Source: Mobula birostris
Taxonomy: Eukaryota
Assembly: GCF_030028105.1 (NCBI RefSeq)
Contig: NC_092377.1
Coordinates: forward strand, 21,448,782 to 21,512,781
Direction: 5' to 3'
DNA: 64,000 bases
Part shown: positions 11,810-25,204 of the stretch, one piece after another
Layout: each line of letters begins with the position of its first letter
Numbering within the stretch: position 1 is the stretch's first letter
The notes under the pieces: model-generated
Databases searched by the model: none
What the model saw: the letters and a program-made list of their open reading frames with translations, nothing else
Told to the model about the DNA's origin: nothing
Translations under genes and position numbers: made by a program

Positions 11810-12612
11810 TAAATATACCCTATTTTTTTCTCCCCCAGAAACCTAGGGTGTACACCATTTAGTCCAGGTGACTTATCTAACTTCAGAACTTTCAGTTTCC
11901 TAAGAATCTTCTCCCTAGTTATGTAATGTCAAGCAACACACACAAAATGCTGGAGGAAGTCAGCAGGCCGGGCTGCATCTATGGAAAAGAGTACAGACGA
12001 CGATTTGGGACAAAGGGTTTCTGCCCTTCTGCCATCATCCTTGCCAGTGTTCTTTTCCAATCAATTCTGGCCAACTCCTCTCTCATGCCTCTGCAATTTC
12101 CTTTACTTCACTACAATACTGATACGACTTCAGCATCTCCTTTTCAAAATTCAGGGTGAATTTGATATTATGATCACTTGCCCCCAAGGGTTCTTTGATC
12201 TTAGCACTCTAATCAATTCCAGTTCATTGCACAACACCCAATCCTCCAGTGGACTCAACCATGAGCTATTCTAAAAAGCCATCTTGTAAGCACTCCAGAA
12301 AATTTCCCCTCTTGGAATGCAGCAGCAACCTGATTTTCCCCAATCAACCTGCATATTGAAATCCCCCATGACTATTGTAACGTTGATCTTTTGGCATGCA
12401 TTTTCTATCTCCCATTGTAATTTGTAGACCACATCCTTACTGCTTGGGGGTCTGCATACCACTCCCATCAGGGTCTTTTAACCCTTGCAGTTCCTTAGCT
12501 CTATCCACAATGATTCAACATCTTCCAACCCTATGTCTCCTCATGATAATGATTTGATAGCATTTTTTACCAACAGTAATGCCACTCCCTCTGCCTTCCT
12601 GCCTGTCTTTAT
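11810..12612 (-). mobile_element. CR1 endonuclease-region fragment, with a short Penelope repeat at ~11928-12012
   Basis: GVVCRPP...IVMGDFNMQVDW (APE domain). Confidence 0.8.
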
Positions 12613-13597
12613 TAATAAGGCTCTTTTACTTTTCCAGTACATTAGCAATAACTGTACTAATTATACATGTGTACAGGCAACAGTACCAGATATGCCAGAA
12701 TACATTGCAAGAGAATAATAAAACCAGAAGCGTAAACATACACTGCATAAAGAGGAAAGCACCAAATACCATCACGTAGTATTAAGAAACAGAAATGGCA
12801 TACTTAACAAGTCTAAAAAAAACTTTTACAGAAATTGATACACAAAATGACTTCCTAAGTATATTAAGTCTGCTCAATGTTGCATTACCCTAATATAATC
12901 AGTTCTTTGATCTAAAATCTGATTGAGAAAAGATCAAAATACATTGTATTTTGGCAACTATCTGTAAGGTAGAACTACTGTAATGTCTCTCATAAAGTTC
13001 CATTTTCTTGTTCCCTATCAATCGGATCGAGTTCTCAGTATTCTCAAGAGGGAAGGTGAGCAGCCAGATGTCATGGTCCATGTAGGGACCAATGATGTGG
13101 ATAGGAAGGAGGAGGAGGTCCTACAAAGAGAGTTTAGGGAGTTAGGTGCAAAGTTGAAGGACAGGACCTCCAGGGTTGCAATCTCAGGATTGCTACCCAT
13201 GCCACGTGCTAGTGAGGCTAGAAATAGGAAGATAATGCAGCTAAGTACATGGCTAAGGAGTTGGTGCAGGAGGGAGGGCTTCATGTTTCTGGACAATTGG
13301 GCCCTGTTCCATGGAAGGTGGGACCTGTTCCGACAGGATGGGTTGCACCAGAACTGGAGGGGGACTAACATCCTTGTGGGAATGTTTGCTAGTGCTGCTC
13401 CGGGGAGGGTAAAACTAGATTTGCAGGAGGAGGGGAACCAGAGTGTTAGAGCAGATAGTGAGGTGGAGGAGGATAAAGGTCATGCGAGAACTGCAAGTAT
13501 AGACAGAAATCAAAGGTTTGTACGAGATAGAAATGTTCTCAGGTGCATCTACTTCAATGCAAGGAGTATTGTAGGTAAGGCAGATGAGCTCAGGACA

Positions 13598-13730
13598 AAC
13601 AACAGGAATTCTGCAGATGCTGGAAATTCAAGCAACACACATCAAAGTTGCTGGTGAACGCAGCAGGCCAGGTAGCATCTGTAGGAAGAGGTGCAGTCGA
13701 CGTTTCAGGCCGAGACCCTTCGTCAGGACC
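13598..13730 (-). mobile_element. Short Penelope-like terminal-repeat insert in the CR1 ORF2 start
   Basis: Interrupts KADELRT|WIS; aggaca flanks both sides (13592-13597 and 13733-13738). Confidence 0.85.
13695..13730 (-). ncRNA. Minimal type I hammerhead ribozyme motif, intact core
   Basis: Minus strand: GGUC-CUGACGA-AGG(GUCUCGG)CCU-GAAA-CGUC/GACU. Confidence 0.75.
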
Positions 13731-16700
13731 AGAGGACATGGATTAGCATGTGGGATTAGGACATTATTGCTATTACTAAGACTTGGTTACAGGAAGGGCA
13801 GAACTAGCAGCTTAATGTTCCGGGGTTCTGTTGTTTCAGACGTGACAGAGGGGAAGAGATGAAAGGGGGAGGAGTGGCATTACTAGTCAGGGAGAATATC
13901 ACAGCTGTGCGAAGGCAGGACAGCACGAAGGGCTCGTCTACAGAGGCCATATGGGTAGAGCTGAGGAATGGGAAAGGTGTGACCACACTAATAGGGTTGT
14001 ATTATAGACCACCTAATAGCTAGAGAGAATTGGAGGAGCAAGTCTGTAGAGAGATAGCAGACCGATGAAAGAAACAGAAAGTTGTAACTTTCCACATATT
14101 GACTGGGAATCCCACACTGTGAAAGGGCTGGATGACTTGGAGTTTGTCAAATGTGTTCAGGAAAGTTTTCTAAATCAAAATATAGAGGTACCAACGAGAG
14201 AGGATGCAACACTTGATCTCCTATTAGGGAACCAGACAGGTCAGGTGTCAGAAGTATGTGTGGGCGAACATTTTGGGTCCAGTGACCATAATGTCATTAG
14301 TTTCAAGTTAATTATGGATAAAGGTAGATCTGGGTCTTCGAGTTGAGGTTCTAAATTGGAGAAAGGCCAATTTTGTGATAAGAAAGGATCTAGGAAGAGT
14401 GGATTGGGACAAGTTGTTTTCTGGCAAAGATGTGTTCAGTAAGTGGAAGGCCTTCAAAGGCGAAATTTTGAGAGTGCAGAGTTTGCATGTTCTTGCCAAG
14501 ATTAAAGGCAAGGTTAATAGGCATAGGGAACCTTGGTTTTAAAGGGATATTCGCAATCTGGTTAAGAAAAAGAGGTGGAAAGCAGGTAAGGCAATTAGGA
14601 ACAAATGAGGTACTTGAAGAGTATAGAAAATGTAAGAAAATACTAAAGGAGAAAATCAGGAAGGCAAAAAGAAGATATGAGGTTGCTTTAGCAGATAATG
14701 TGAAGGTAAACCTAAAGGATTTCTACAAGTATACTAAAAAGAGAGTAAGGGAGAAAATTGGTCCTCCAGAAGATCAGAGTGGTCGTCTATGTGTGGAGCC
14801 TCAGGAGATGGGGGAGATCTTAAAGAGTATTTTTTCATCAGTATTTACTCAGGAAACTGGCAGAGTGTATATGGAAGGAAGGGAAACAATCAGTAGTGTC
14901 ATGAAACATATAGAGATTAAAGAGGAGAAGGTGCTTGCTGCCTCACAGTGAATAAAGGTAGATAAATCCCCCGGGCCTGACAGGATATTTCCTCGGACAT
15001 TGAGAGAGACTAGTGTAGAAATTGCAGGGGCCCTGGCAGAAATATTTAAAATGTCCTTAGCCACCCACGTGGTGCTGGAGGACTGGAGGGTGGCTCATGT
15101 TGTTCCGTTGTTTAAAACAGGCTCTAAAAGTAAACCAAGCACTTACAGACTGGTGAGCCTAACATCAGTAGTAAGTAAATTATTGGAAGGTGTTCTGAGA
15201 GATCGGATATACAAGTATTTGGACAGTCAGAGGCTGATTCGGGATAGTCAGCATGGCTTTGTGTGTGGTAGATCATGTTTAACGAATCTTGTAGAGTTTT
15301 TTGAGGAGGTTACCAAGAAAGTAGATGAGGGAAAGGCTATGGATGTTGTCCACGTGGATTTTAGTAAAGCCTTTGACAAGGTCCCACATGGGAGGTTAGT
15401 TCAGAAAGTTCAGACACGAGGTATCCATAGAGAGGTTGTAAACTGGATTCGAAATTGGCTGCGTGGGAGAAGACAGAGAGTGGTAGTGGATGATTGCTCA
15501 TCAGACTGGAGGCCTGTGACTACTGGTGTGCCTCAGGGATCTGTGCTGGGACCGTCGTTGTTTGTTGTCTATATCAATGATCTAGATGAAAATGTGGAAA
15601 ACTGGATCAGCAAGTTTGTTGATGACACTAAGATTGGAGGTGTTGTGGACAGCGAGGAAGGCTTTCAAAGCTTGCAGAGGGATCTGGACCAGCTGGAAAA
15701 ATGGGCTAGAAAATGGCAGATGGAAATTAATGCAGACAAGTGTGAGGTGTTGCATTTTGGAAGGACAAATCAAGGTAGGACATACACAGTAAATGGTAGG
15801 GCACTGAGGAGTGCGGAGAAACAAAGGGATCTGGGAGTTCAGATACATAATTCCCTGAAAAGTGGCGTCACAGGTGGACAGGGTGGTAAAGAAGGCTTTT
15901 GGCATCTTGGCATTCATAAATCAAAGTACTGAGTATAGGAGTTGGGATGTTATGGCGAAGTTGTTTAAGACATTGGTGAGGCCAAATTTGGAATATTGTG
16001 TGCAGTTCTGGTCACCTAACTATAGGAAGGATATCAGTAAGATTGAAAGTGTGCAGAGGAGATTTACTAGGATGTTGCGGGTCTTCAGGAGTTGAGTTAC
16101 AAGGAAAGATTGAACAGGTTAGGACTTCATTCCTTGGAGCGTAGAAGAATGAGGGGAGATTTGACAGAGGTTTACAAAATAATGAGGGGTATAGACAGAG
16201 TAAATGCGAGTAGGCTCTTTCACTTAGATTAGGAGAGATAAACACACGAGGACATGGCTTTACGGTGAAAGGAGAAAGATTTAGCAGGAATATTAGAGGG
16301 AACTTCACTCAGAGAGTGGTGGGAGTGTGGAACGAGCTGCCATCTGACGCGGTAAATGCGAGCTCACTCAAGTTTTAAGAACAAATTGGATAAATACATG
16401 GATGGGAGAGGTCTCCAGGGTTATGGACTGGGTGCAGGTCAATGGGACCAGCAGAATAAAGTTTCAGCACAGACTAGAAAGGCCGAATGGCCTGTTTTCT
16501 GTGCTGTAGTGTTCTATGGTTCTATCAAATTATTCCAGGCAGCCGAGTTATTAAAAAATAATACCTCACATCCTCCTTCACTCCAAAGAGAAAAGCCATA
16601 GCTCACTCAACCTATCCTCATAATATCACTAAACTACAAAAATTATATATTAAAAATTTTAGAATTTTACTACACCTGCCTATAGTACATGATTCTATTC

Positions 16701-16864
16701 ACATTTGCAGCTGCCCCTTTTAAAGTTTTATGGACTGCTAGAAAAAGCTTTTAATGAAGAATAAGCCAAGTTTTTGAGCTTTTACTGCTCCCCGCATTGA
16801 TTAGCTGACCTCTATTATAATTTAACAGTAAATTAAAATGTAAAATTAATTTAAAACAGTAGAT

Positions 16865-17335
16865 AGAATCACATTTGGAGTATTGTGTTCAGTCCTGGTT
16901 GCCTCATTTTAGGGAGGATGGTGAAAACTCTCGATGAGGTACAGATGAGATTTAGCAAGAGGCTGCCAGGATTCAAGAGAATATCTTAGGAAGATAGGTT
17001 GAGTGAGCTAGGACTTTTCTTTTTAGAGTGAAGGGGGATGAGAGGTGACTTGATTGAGATGTACAAGATGATAAGCAGCAGAGATAGAGTGGACAGCTGG
17101 ATACTTTTCCCAGGGTCAAAATGGCTGATACTAAGAGGTATAACTTTAAGGCAATTAGAAGAAAGTATGGGGGAATGACAGAGGTAGTGTTTTTTTTTTA
17201 AATACATAGAGTGGTAGGTGCATGGATTACACTGCCAGGGTGGTGTTAGAGCCAAGTACATTAGGGACATTTAAGACACTCTTAGATGGGCACTCAGATG
17301 AAAGAAAAATGGAGGCCTGTATTGTTCTATGCTCT
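16865..17335 (+). mobile_element. CR1 3' fragment
   Basis: HLEYCVQSW, RGDLIEMYK and a ttctatgctcta tail. Confidence 0.8.
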
Positions 17336-18989
17336 AGAAACACAAATCAGTATGGTTGACAGGGAAAGAGATCGCCTTTGACTCAACTGCAACAGACTGA
17401 GCTCTTAGTTCACTGCAGTCAATAAAAATTAAAGAAAGATCGTTCATCAACTAGTGAAAAAGATATTATTTGATCTTAGTACTGGGTATCTTCCAAATTT
17501 GCAGCAAAGTATACTGAACTTTGATTTATCTGTTGTATATAATGCTAATTGAAAATATTTATCTTTTCAATGACATATAAAATTGGACAAGCTATTTTAA
17601 AGTTAATGCCTGTAATCCACAGAAACACCAACTTCAGCATGGCCTACTCCACTTCCATGCTCTATTTCACCATGTTTGCATCGAATCAAAATGAAATGAG
17701 TTATAATAAAGAGAGATTTTCTTCCTTACCCAGATGAATTATAATTTCTGAAGTTAATCTCATCTCAAACCAGTTCTAAAATGGTTATGTACTATTGCAA
17801 AATTTGGAAGGAATTAATTTCCTAACCAAGAACAAACTTATATTTATGCCAAATTATTCAAAATGTGCATACATGTCCTTCACTATACAATATTCATCAA
17901 TTTATAATGTTGACTGTAGAAACACAATTAAAACCAAACTATTACATTTCCTGCAAAATGTTATTAAATAGGATATACCTGAAATAAGATATAGTGAGAC
18001 TCTCTTATTTAGGGTACATTTAGGTTTTCGAAGAGTTCGTCAGGGACAAAAAAATCTTGCTATGTCTCTGGCACTCCAACACTATCTTTTACAATTGCTT
18101 AATGTTTTGACAGAAAAATTTTTAATACTTATTTTCTGCCTGTAGGATAAAAACAACATTTTGCACAGTGCTGTCAACTGAAAAATATAATGGCTTTGAA
18201 GCATTAGTTGAATATCTTCTCGTTTTAACACTGCTGCCTAATTTGAGTTTACAGCATCTTGCTTCCAGAATATTTATACATTATTAAATCAGTTTACCAC
18301 AAAACTAGAAAACATGCAAGCTGACTGCAAAAAGAAAGATCACAATAAATAGCTGATTTTACTCAATGTGATGACCTGACAGGTCTGCAACACCTTCCGC
18401 ACCCACCATGGCATTGTCACTTACCTGTGAAATTGCAAGCTTCTACTTACATTCTACAATGGAATTATTAATTGTACAATCTCATGTTGGTGAAAAGAAC
18501 TATAATTTGTGACGCAGAACATGGTTTACTATTTATTTAGTCTGTTTCAATTTACCCACCTAAAGTGGACTGCAAAATCTGTGCACAATAAACTGCATTA
18601 TAGCCTTGCTCGCATCATGTTAAATGGTAGGTTCAAAAGAGAGCATTATTCCATGACAAAATGTTTTCTCAACAAAATGAATCAATGTAATGACAATTAA
18701 ATCAAATTAAAACTCTACAGTTCTACTTTGTGCTTTGCATTTTCTTGATAACCACTACCACTCTGAAGAAACTAATCATAATTCAGCCAATATAAAAAAA
18801 GTTGTAAAAATTTATATCCTTAATATTCAAAGCTTCAGTTTTAAAAGTCTATTTGTTCACTGGGTCCGCTGGCATTACCAACATTTGTTGTCCATCCCCA
18901 TTTGCTTCTGAAATGAGCACTTAAAAGTCAACCATATTGGTGTTTGAAGACACATACAAGCCAGATTGCATAAAGACAATGATTCTTTA

Positions 18990-19455
18990 GATCATAGAAT
19001 GTTACAGCACAGGAACAGTCCCTGCAGCTCACAATGCCAGTCATGGATTTCCCAACCATACCCTACCCTGACTTTTAAATGCTGCTATCTTATCTGTGAC
19101 CATCACCTCACCAGACAGCATATTTCAAACACCTACCATTCTCTCCGTAAGAAAGGTTGTTATGAAAATCTTATTTAAATTTTCTCCCTCTGACCATAAA
19201 CCTATGCCTTGTAGAATTTGACATTTCAACCCATAGAAAAGGGTCTGATGCTGCAGAGAAAACTATCCAGCTTTGCCCAACCTCTCCTTATAGTTAATAC
19301 TCAAATCCAGGCAACATCCTGGTGAACCTCTTCTGCACCTTCTCCAAACCTCCATATCCTACCTGTAGATCAATGGGTAGAACTTCATATACTAAACTAA
19401 ATGTGGCCCAATCAGAGTTTTATAAAGCGGCAGCTTGACTTCCCACCTTTTATAG
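18990..19455 (-). mobile_element. CR1 3' fragment
   Basis: Inverted catagaa tail and RT C-terminal remnants (ccaggcaacatcctggtgaacctcttctgcacc). Confidence 0.7.
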
Positions 19456-19713
19456 GAAATGCAACAGTAAAGTAGTAGTTCTGCAAAGATGCTGGAAATT
19501 TTGTGGTTACCAATATCTGATTATCTTCTCTTACGTAATAATTTTAAATTAAATTCCACAGTTGCCTTTGTACGGTTCAAAGCTGGGTCTCTAGAACAAT
19601 GGTCTGGTACTCTAGATGTTAGTCCAGTGACAATAACATTAAGCAACAATATCCTAAACTAATGACATAAAAAGCACTTTCATTGCTAAAAATGTAACTT
19701 TACAGTTACATAC

Positions 19714-19879
19714 CCGAGTCATTCCTCAGATAGGATGACATGGCAGGAATAAGACAGGATTGGCTGAGCAGCTCCACAAGTACAGAGGGAAGAGCATTAT
19801 TATTCTGTCCTCGACTTTCACCAGGGTTTAGATCTCCAGATAAACTGCTGCCTCCAGGATTTATGTAACTAGCAAGAAC
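19714..19879 (-). CDS. BIRC6: BIRC6 coding exon (VLASYINP...SYLRNDS), 166 nt; last BIRC6 exon found in the window
   Basis: gttctag|GTT ... TCG G|gtatgt; NALPSVLVELLSQSCLIPAMSSYLRNDS. The expected next exon (VLDMARHVPLY..., recalled) was not found in 1-19713. Confidence 0.96.
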
Positions 19880-20280
19880 CTAGAACAACAAAAACAAACA
19901 TAAGAGCATTTGTAGAGTAAAGAATATTTACTTGTGGGGAGAAGTTGGGCAGGCCAATCTTGTTTTTCCTGGAGCAAAGGAGGCGGAGGATGACCTGATA
20001 AAGGTATGTAAAATATAAGAATTCCATTCAGAATACTTTTCCCACATTAGGGATATCAAAGACAAGAGGGCATAGCTTAAAGGTGAGAGGAAGGAACTTA
20101 AATGGTTATTTGAGGGGATTTCCAAGCAGCCCTCTGCCACCCACATACATACAACACAAGAGTGTCTGGATCTCACTGCTGAAGAAGGTGGAGTTCGATA
20201 TATTTTCTGTGTTTAAGAAACATTTAGATAGGCACTTAAAAAGGCAAGTCATTGGTGTGGTTTCTCTGCTGTACAACGTA

Positions 20281-20449
20281 GGACGTCACTGTAACACAGC
20301 GATTAGCACTATGTTATAATAGCTTGGGGTGTTGGAGTTTGAAGTTCAATTCTAGCGTCCTCTGAATGTGTGTGTCTCTGTTTCCTTCCTTCCTCTGGGT
20401 GCCCCAGTTTCCTCTCATGGTCCAAAGAAATACTGGTTAGTAGGTTAAA
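20281..20449 (+). mobile_element. V-SINE 5' half; 3' half at ~23612-23717
   Basis: B-box-like aagttcaattct and V-domain tcctctgggtgccccagtttcctc; resumes after the CR1 with ctgtaaatggtcctgtgattaggct...aataaataaa. Confidence 0.7.
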
Positions 20450-23400
20450 AGCAGAAAGTCTCAGCCGTCAGCACTCTGGCACTGAGTCTGGCTCTGGCTC
20501 AAGAAGGAAAAGGGGAGAAGAGGCAAACTATAGTGATGGGGTTCACTGTTTAGGGGAACAAGTTCTGCGGACGAGAAGGAGATTTGCGGATTGTACGTTG
20601 CCTCCCAGGTAACGGGGTCAGAGAAATCTTGGATTCTTAAGTGGGAGGATGAGCATCCAGAGGTTGTGGTCAATGTTGGTACCAGTGACATGGGTAGGAA
20701 GAGTAACGAGATCTTGCAAAGTGAGTTCAGGGAGTCAGGCACTAAGTTGAAGGTCAAGTCCTCCAGGGTTGGGATCTTAGGATTGCTGTCTGTGCCACAT
20801 GCTAGTGAAGCAAAATAGGAAGATCATACAGTTTAACTCATGGCTAAAGAGATGCAGCAGAAGAGAGGGCTTTAGCTTTTTGGATAATTGAATTTCCTTC
20901 CACAGAAGATGGGATTTGTACAGAAGGGACAGGTTGCACAACAACTAGAGGGGGACTAGAATCTTTGCAGGAAGGTTTGCTTTTAAACACAGGGGTGTTT
21001 AAACTGGAGTTGCAGGGGGATGGGAACCAGAGCACAGGAGTAAATAGTGGAGAGGTTGTGGGGAAGCCTACATACAGTCAGAAATTGAAAAGTTAAGCAT
21101 GGTTGGACTAATATTCTGAGTTGTGAAAATTTCAATGCAAAGAGTATCATAGGAAAGACAGATGAGCTTAGGACATGGATCAGCACGTGAAATTATGGCA
21201 TTGTAGCCATTAGTGAGACTTGGTTGCAGGATGGCTGGGACTGGCAGCTCAATGTCCTGGGGTTCCACTGTCTTGGACAAGATCAAGTGGGAGGGATTAA
21301 AGGGGGAAGGGGGCATCACGGCAGGACAAACTGGAAGGCTGGCTGACTGAGGCTGTAAGGGACGGAACTGAGGAATAACAAAGGGATGACCACGTTACTG
21401 GGATTCTATTACAGACACCCAACAGTCAACAGGATTTAGAGGAGCGAATTTCTACAGAGATCACAGTCTGTTGCAAGAAACATAATGTTGTGAAAGTAGG
21501 CAATTTTAACTTTGCACATATTGACTGGGCCCCCATATTGTACAAGAGTTAGATGGGATGTGTGTTCAGGAACATTTCCTTACATAAAAATCATGACTAG
21601 AAAGAATGTGATACTCGATCTCCTATTGGAAATGAGACAGGGTATGTGACAGAAGATTGTGTAGGGGAATACTTTGCATCTTGTGATCATAATGCCATTA
21701 GTTACAAGACAATTATAGAGAAGGACAGGTTCAGTCTTCAGGCTGAGATTCCAAATTAAAGAAAGGCTAATTTTGATGGTATCAGTAAGGATCTGGCAAT
21801 TGTGGACTGAGATATGCTGTTTTCTGGCAAAGGTGTGCATGACAAATGGGAGGCCTTCAAAAGTGAAGTTTTGGGAGTACCAAGTTTATACCTTCCTGTC
21901 AGAATAAAAGGCAAGGATACCAGGTTTAGGGAACCGTGGTTTTTGAGAGATATTGAGGCCTAGGTTAAGAAAAAGGAGATGCGCAGCAGGTATAGGCAAG
22001 CAGGAACAAATGAGGTACTTGAGGAGTGTAAGAATTTCAACAGAATACTTGAGAAAGAAATCAGAGGGCTAAAAGGTAGGTGTTTCTGTACCAGACAAGG
22101 TAAAGGAGAATCCCAAGGGCTTCTACAGATATATTAAGAACAAAAGGATAGTAAGGAACAACAGACAGGATCTATAGAACTGAGGCAAAGCAGCCATGAT
22201 GTCATTGACCATAAGAAGATTACAGAGGAGGAGGTGTTTGTTGTCTTGAGGCAAATTTGGGTAGATGAATCCCCAGGGCCTGACAAGCTGTTCCATTGGA
22301 CCCTGTGGGACACTAATGACATGAATTTCAGAGGCCATAGCAGAGATATTTAAAATGTCCCTAGCCATGGGTGGGGGACTGGAGGACTGGAGGACAACTA
22401 ATGTTGTTTCGTTGTTTAAGAAAGACTCTAAGACTAAGCCAGGAAATTATAAGCTGCTGAACCTAACATCAGTAGTGGGAAAGTTACTGGAAGGTGTTCT
22501 AAGAAACCAAGATAAGTAGGTTCAATAGACAGAGACTGACTAGGGATAGTCATGGCTTTGTGTGTGCTGGGTCAGTTCAATCACTTGGCATTCAAGATGG
22601 CGTAGTAAACTAGATTAGACATTGGCTTAGGAGAAGTCAGAGTGGTGGTAGATTGTTGCTTCTGACTGGAGGCCTATGACTAGTGGTGTGCCGCAGGGAT
22701 CGGTGCTGGGTCCTTTGTTTTTGTCAACTATATCAATGATCTGGATGATAATGAGGTAAAGTGTATCAGCAAATTTGCACATGACATCAAGATTGCGGGG
22801 GGGGGGGGCATAGTGGACAGCGAAGAAGTCTATCAAAGGAACTGGACAAGCTGGAAAAATGCACTTAAAACTGGCAGATTGACTTTAATGCAGTCAAGTT
22901 TGAGATGCTGCACTTTGGGAGGACAAACTAAGGTAGTACTTAGTGAGCAATAGGGCACTGAAGAGTGACCTGGGAATTCAGACCCATAATTCCTTGAAAG
23001 TAGCATCACAGGTAGGTAGGGTCATAAAGAAAGCTGTTAGCACATTGGCCTCCACTAATCAAAGTAGCAAGTACAGGAGTTAGGATATTATATTGAAGCT
23101 TCATAGTAATCAAAAGCTGAAAATGTTGGTGAGGCCTAACTTGGGAGTATTGTGTGCAGCCTTGGTCATATATCTACAGCAAAGACACAGTAAGATTGCA
23201 GCAAAAAGTTACAGGGATGTTGCCAAGCCTTAAGGACTTGAGCAATAGAGAAAGGTTGAAAAGGTAAGGACTTTATTCCCTTGAACATAGAACAATGAGG
23301 GAAGATTTGACAGACGTATACAAAATTATCAGGGGCTATCGACAAGGTAAACGCGAACAGGCTTTTCCAATGAGGTTGGGTGATACTAACACTAGAGGTC

Positions 23401-23611
23401 ATAGGTTAAGGGTGAAAGGCGAAATGTTTAAGGGGTACATGAGGGGAAACTTCAATGTCAACATTTAAGAGAAATTCGGATAGAGTCATGGATGGGAGGA
23501 GTATGGAATGCTATGGTCCAGGCGATGGGACTAGGCAAAATAATAGGTTGGCTCAAGTTAGATGGGCCAAATGGCCTGCTTCTGTGCTGTGTGTTCTATG
23601 GCTATGACTCT
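20450..23611 (+). mobile_element. Degenerate CR1 LINE (ORF1 esterase plus ORF2), related to 13015-16525
   Basis: VVVNVGTSD, FNAKSIIGK, GVPQGSVLGP and a ttctatggctatgactct tail. Confidence 0.9.
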
Positions 23612-24446
23612 AAATGAGTGCTGTAAATGGTCCTGTGATTAGGCTGGGGTTAAATAGGCCAGTTGCTGGGCCATCTGGCTCATTGGGCCAGAAGGACCTG
23701 TTCCACAATAAATAAAATGAACTCTTTGGAGCATTCTGTTTGTCATTGACACACATCAAGTTATAATAATCCTCATATCTGCTGAAATACTTTGTACAGA
23801 AAGTTTGGAAATTGCAGTAGTTTTCAACTTTTCATTATTATTCATTCCAGAGTTGGTGACAGTAAAAAGCAGGAGATCAATTAGCTGTGTGGTCCTACAT
23901 GCAGGACTACATACGACTTCAAACTAGCATTATTATTAGATTGAGCCATAAAAATATGGGTCACAGTAATTGTTAACAGGGAGAGGAAATAAGTTACAGT
24001 ACAAGCATCAAAATAGCTGCCTTCAGTTTTCTCAATATTTGGGTGGAGAAGATTAGTCTCAAAATCAGAATATCTGCCTTGCAGCTTTGTTGCATAGTAC
24101 CTGGAATGTTGAACCTCTATGAAGTTGACTTCAGCGTCGAATGCCATAGAGGGAACATATGAATAAGAAAAGTTGTCTAGTAACAGTGGAGAGGAAGATG
24201 AATGATAAAATTATTGCTTTTGGGAGGGGGATTTCAATGGAGTCTAAAGTGAAAAAGTCTGATCTATTGGTAAAAGTATAGGTTAGAAGTATGCCAAAAA
24301 TGTTCAAATTTTCACTTTATATTGAATGCAGCCAGAATGAAGGCAGTGATAGGGAAGAAGTCAGAACAAAATACAAAGATATAATGTTCGTTAGCATGCA
24401 GCTCACTGATTCAACTAATTTTCAGGACAACTTAGTCACAGCATAC

Positions 24447-24611
24447 CTGCAGAAGACAGGTGACATGTTCTTCTTCTAGTCTCTGCTTGGTTAGTGCTTG
24501 TTCCACATCCCAACCTGATGCAGTAGAACCTGTTCCAAAACCTGTACCTTTGGCCCAGTATAACTGTTGGTCTTCAGTGGAAGAATTTGCATGTGTACTG
24601 GAAACTTGTGG
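24447..24611 (-). CDS. BIRC6: BIRC6 coding exon (PQVSSTH...HVTCLLQ), 165 nt
   Basis: aaatag|CCA ... CAG|gtatgc; QQLYWAKGTGFGTGSTASGWDVEQALTKQRLEEEHVTCLLQ. Confidence 0.96.
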
Positions 24612-25204
24612 CTATTTTAAATGGGGGAGAAATACAATTGTCATTAATCAAAGAGACAATTGATAGAGGCAAAAGAAACAAATGGTTAAAATACTTTGTC
24701 TTTGCATCAGCTCAAAGTATTCATGTTAACAGATGTGTCCTGTGATTTGACAGACACTCTCCTTCAGACAAATGGAATTTATATTTTGCAATAGCTGTGT
24801 TCAGAATGTTAATTAGATCCAAACTATTAACCTACTTCAGCCTGAGTGCTTATTTCAGATGTTAGTGATCAAAATCAAGATAAGTTCATTATCCCCTTAC
24901 TCCAGGTTATAAAACCCACAATCTGTTGAATTTAAATGTTAAATTTATTAAAAATCAACGATTTCAGTTAGTTATGAACAACTACTTACATATTTCTAAA
25001 GAAATAGTTTCCCTTGAAATACTTTGTAGTAATCATATGAATAGAGACACAATCAAAACTGAATTAAAGATGAACTGAAATCTTTCTGTGCATTTTTAAT
25101 TCCATAATGCAATGCAATGGAATTATGCTTCTAACACCTTAAACAAGAAAAAGAGAAATAGATTTTATACTAACCAAGATCAGATGGTAAATGCAAAGGA
25201 ATCA

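Larger units (their letters stand above)
13015..16525 (+). mobile_element. Near-complete 5'-truncated CR1 LINE: ORF1 SGNH-esterase part plus ORF2 APE-RT, inactivated
   Basis: VHVGTND and DGLH esterase motifs, YFNARSIVGK APE start, RT with DFSKAFDKVPH, GVPQGSVLGP and KFVDDTK, and a ttctatggttctat tail; contains stops and frameshifts. Confidence 0.93.

Noticed and set aside
12983-13657. Esterase-like 224-aa ORF as a host gene
   Set aside because: It is the known SGNH domain of CR1 ORF1, contiguous with CR1 ORF2.
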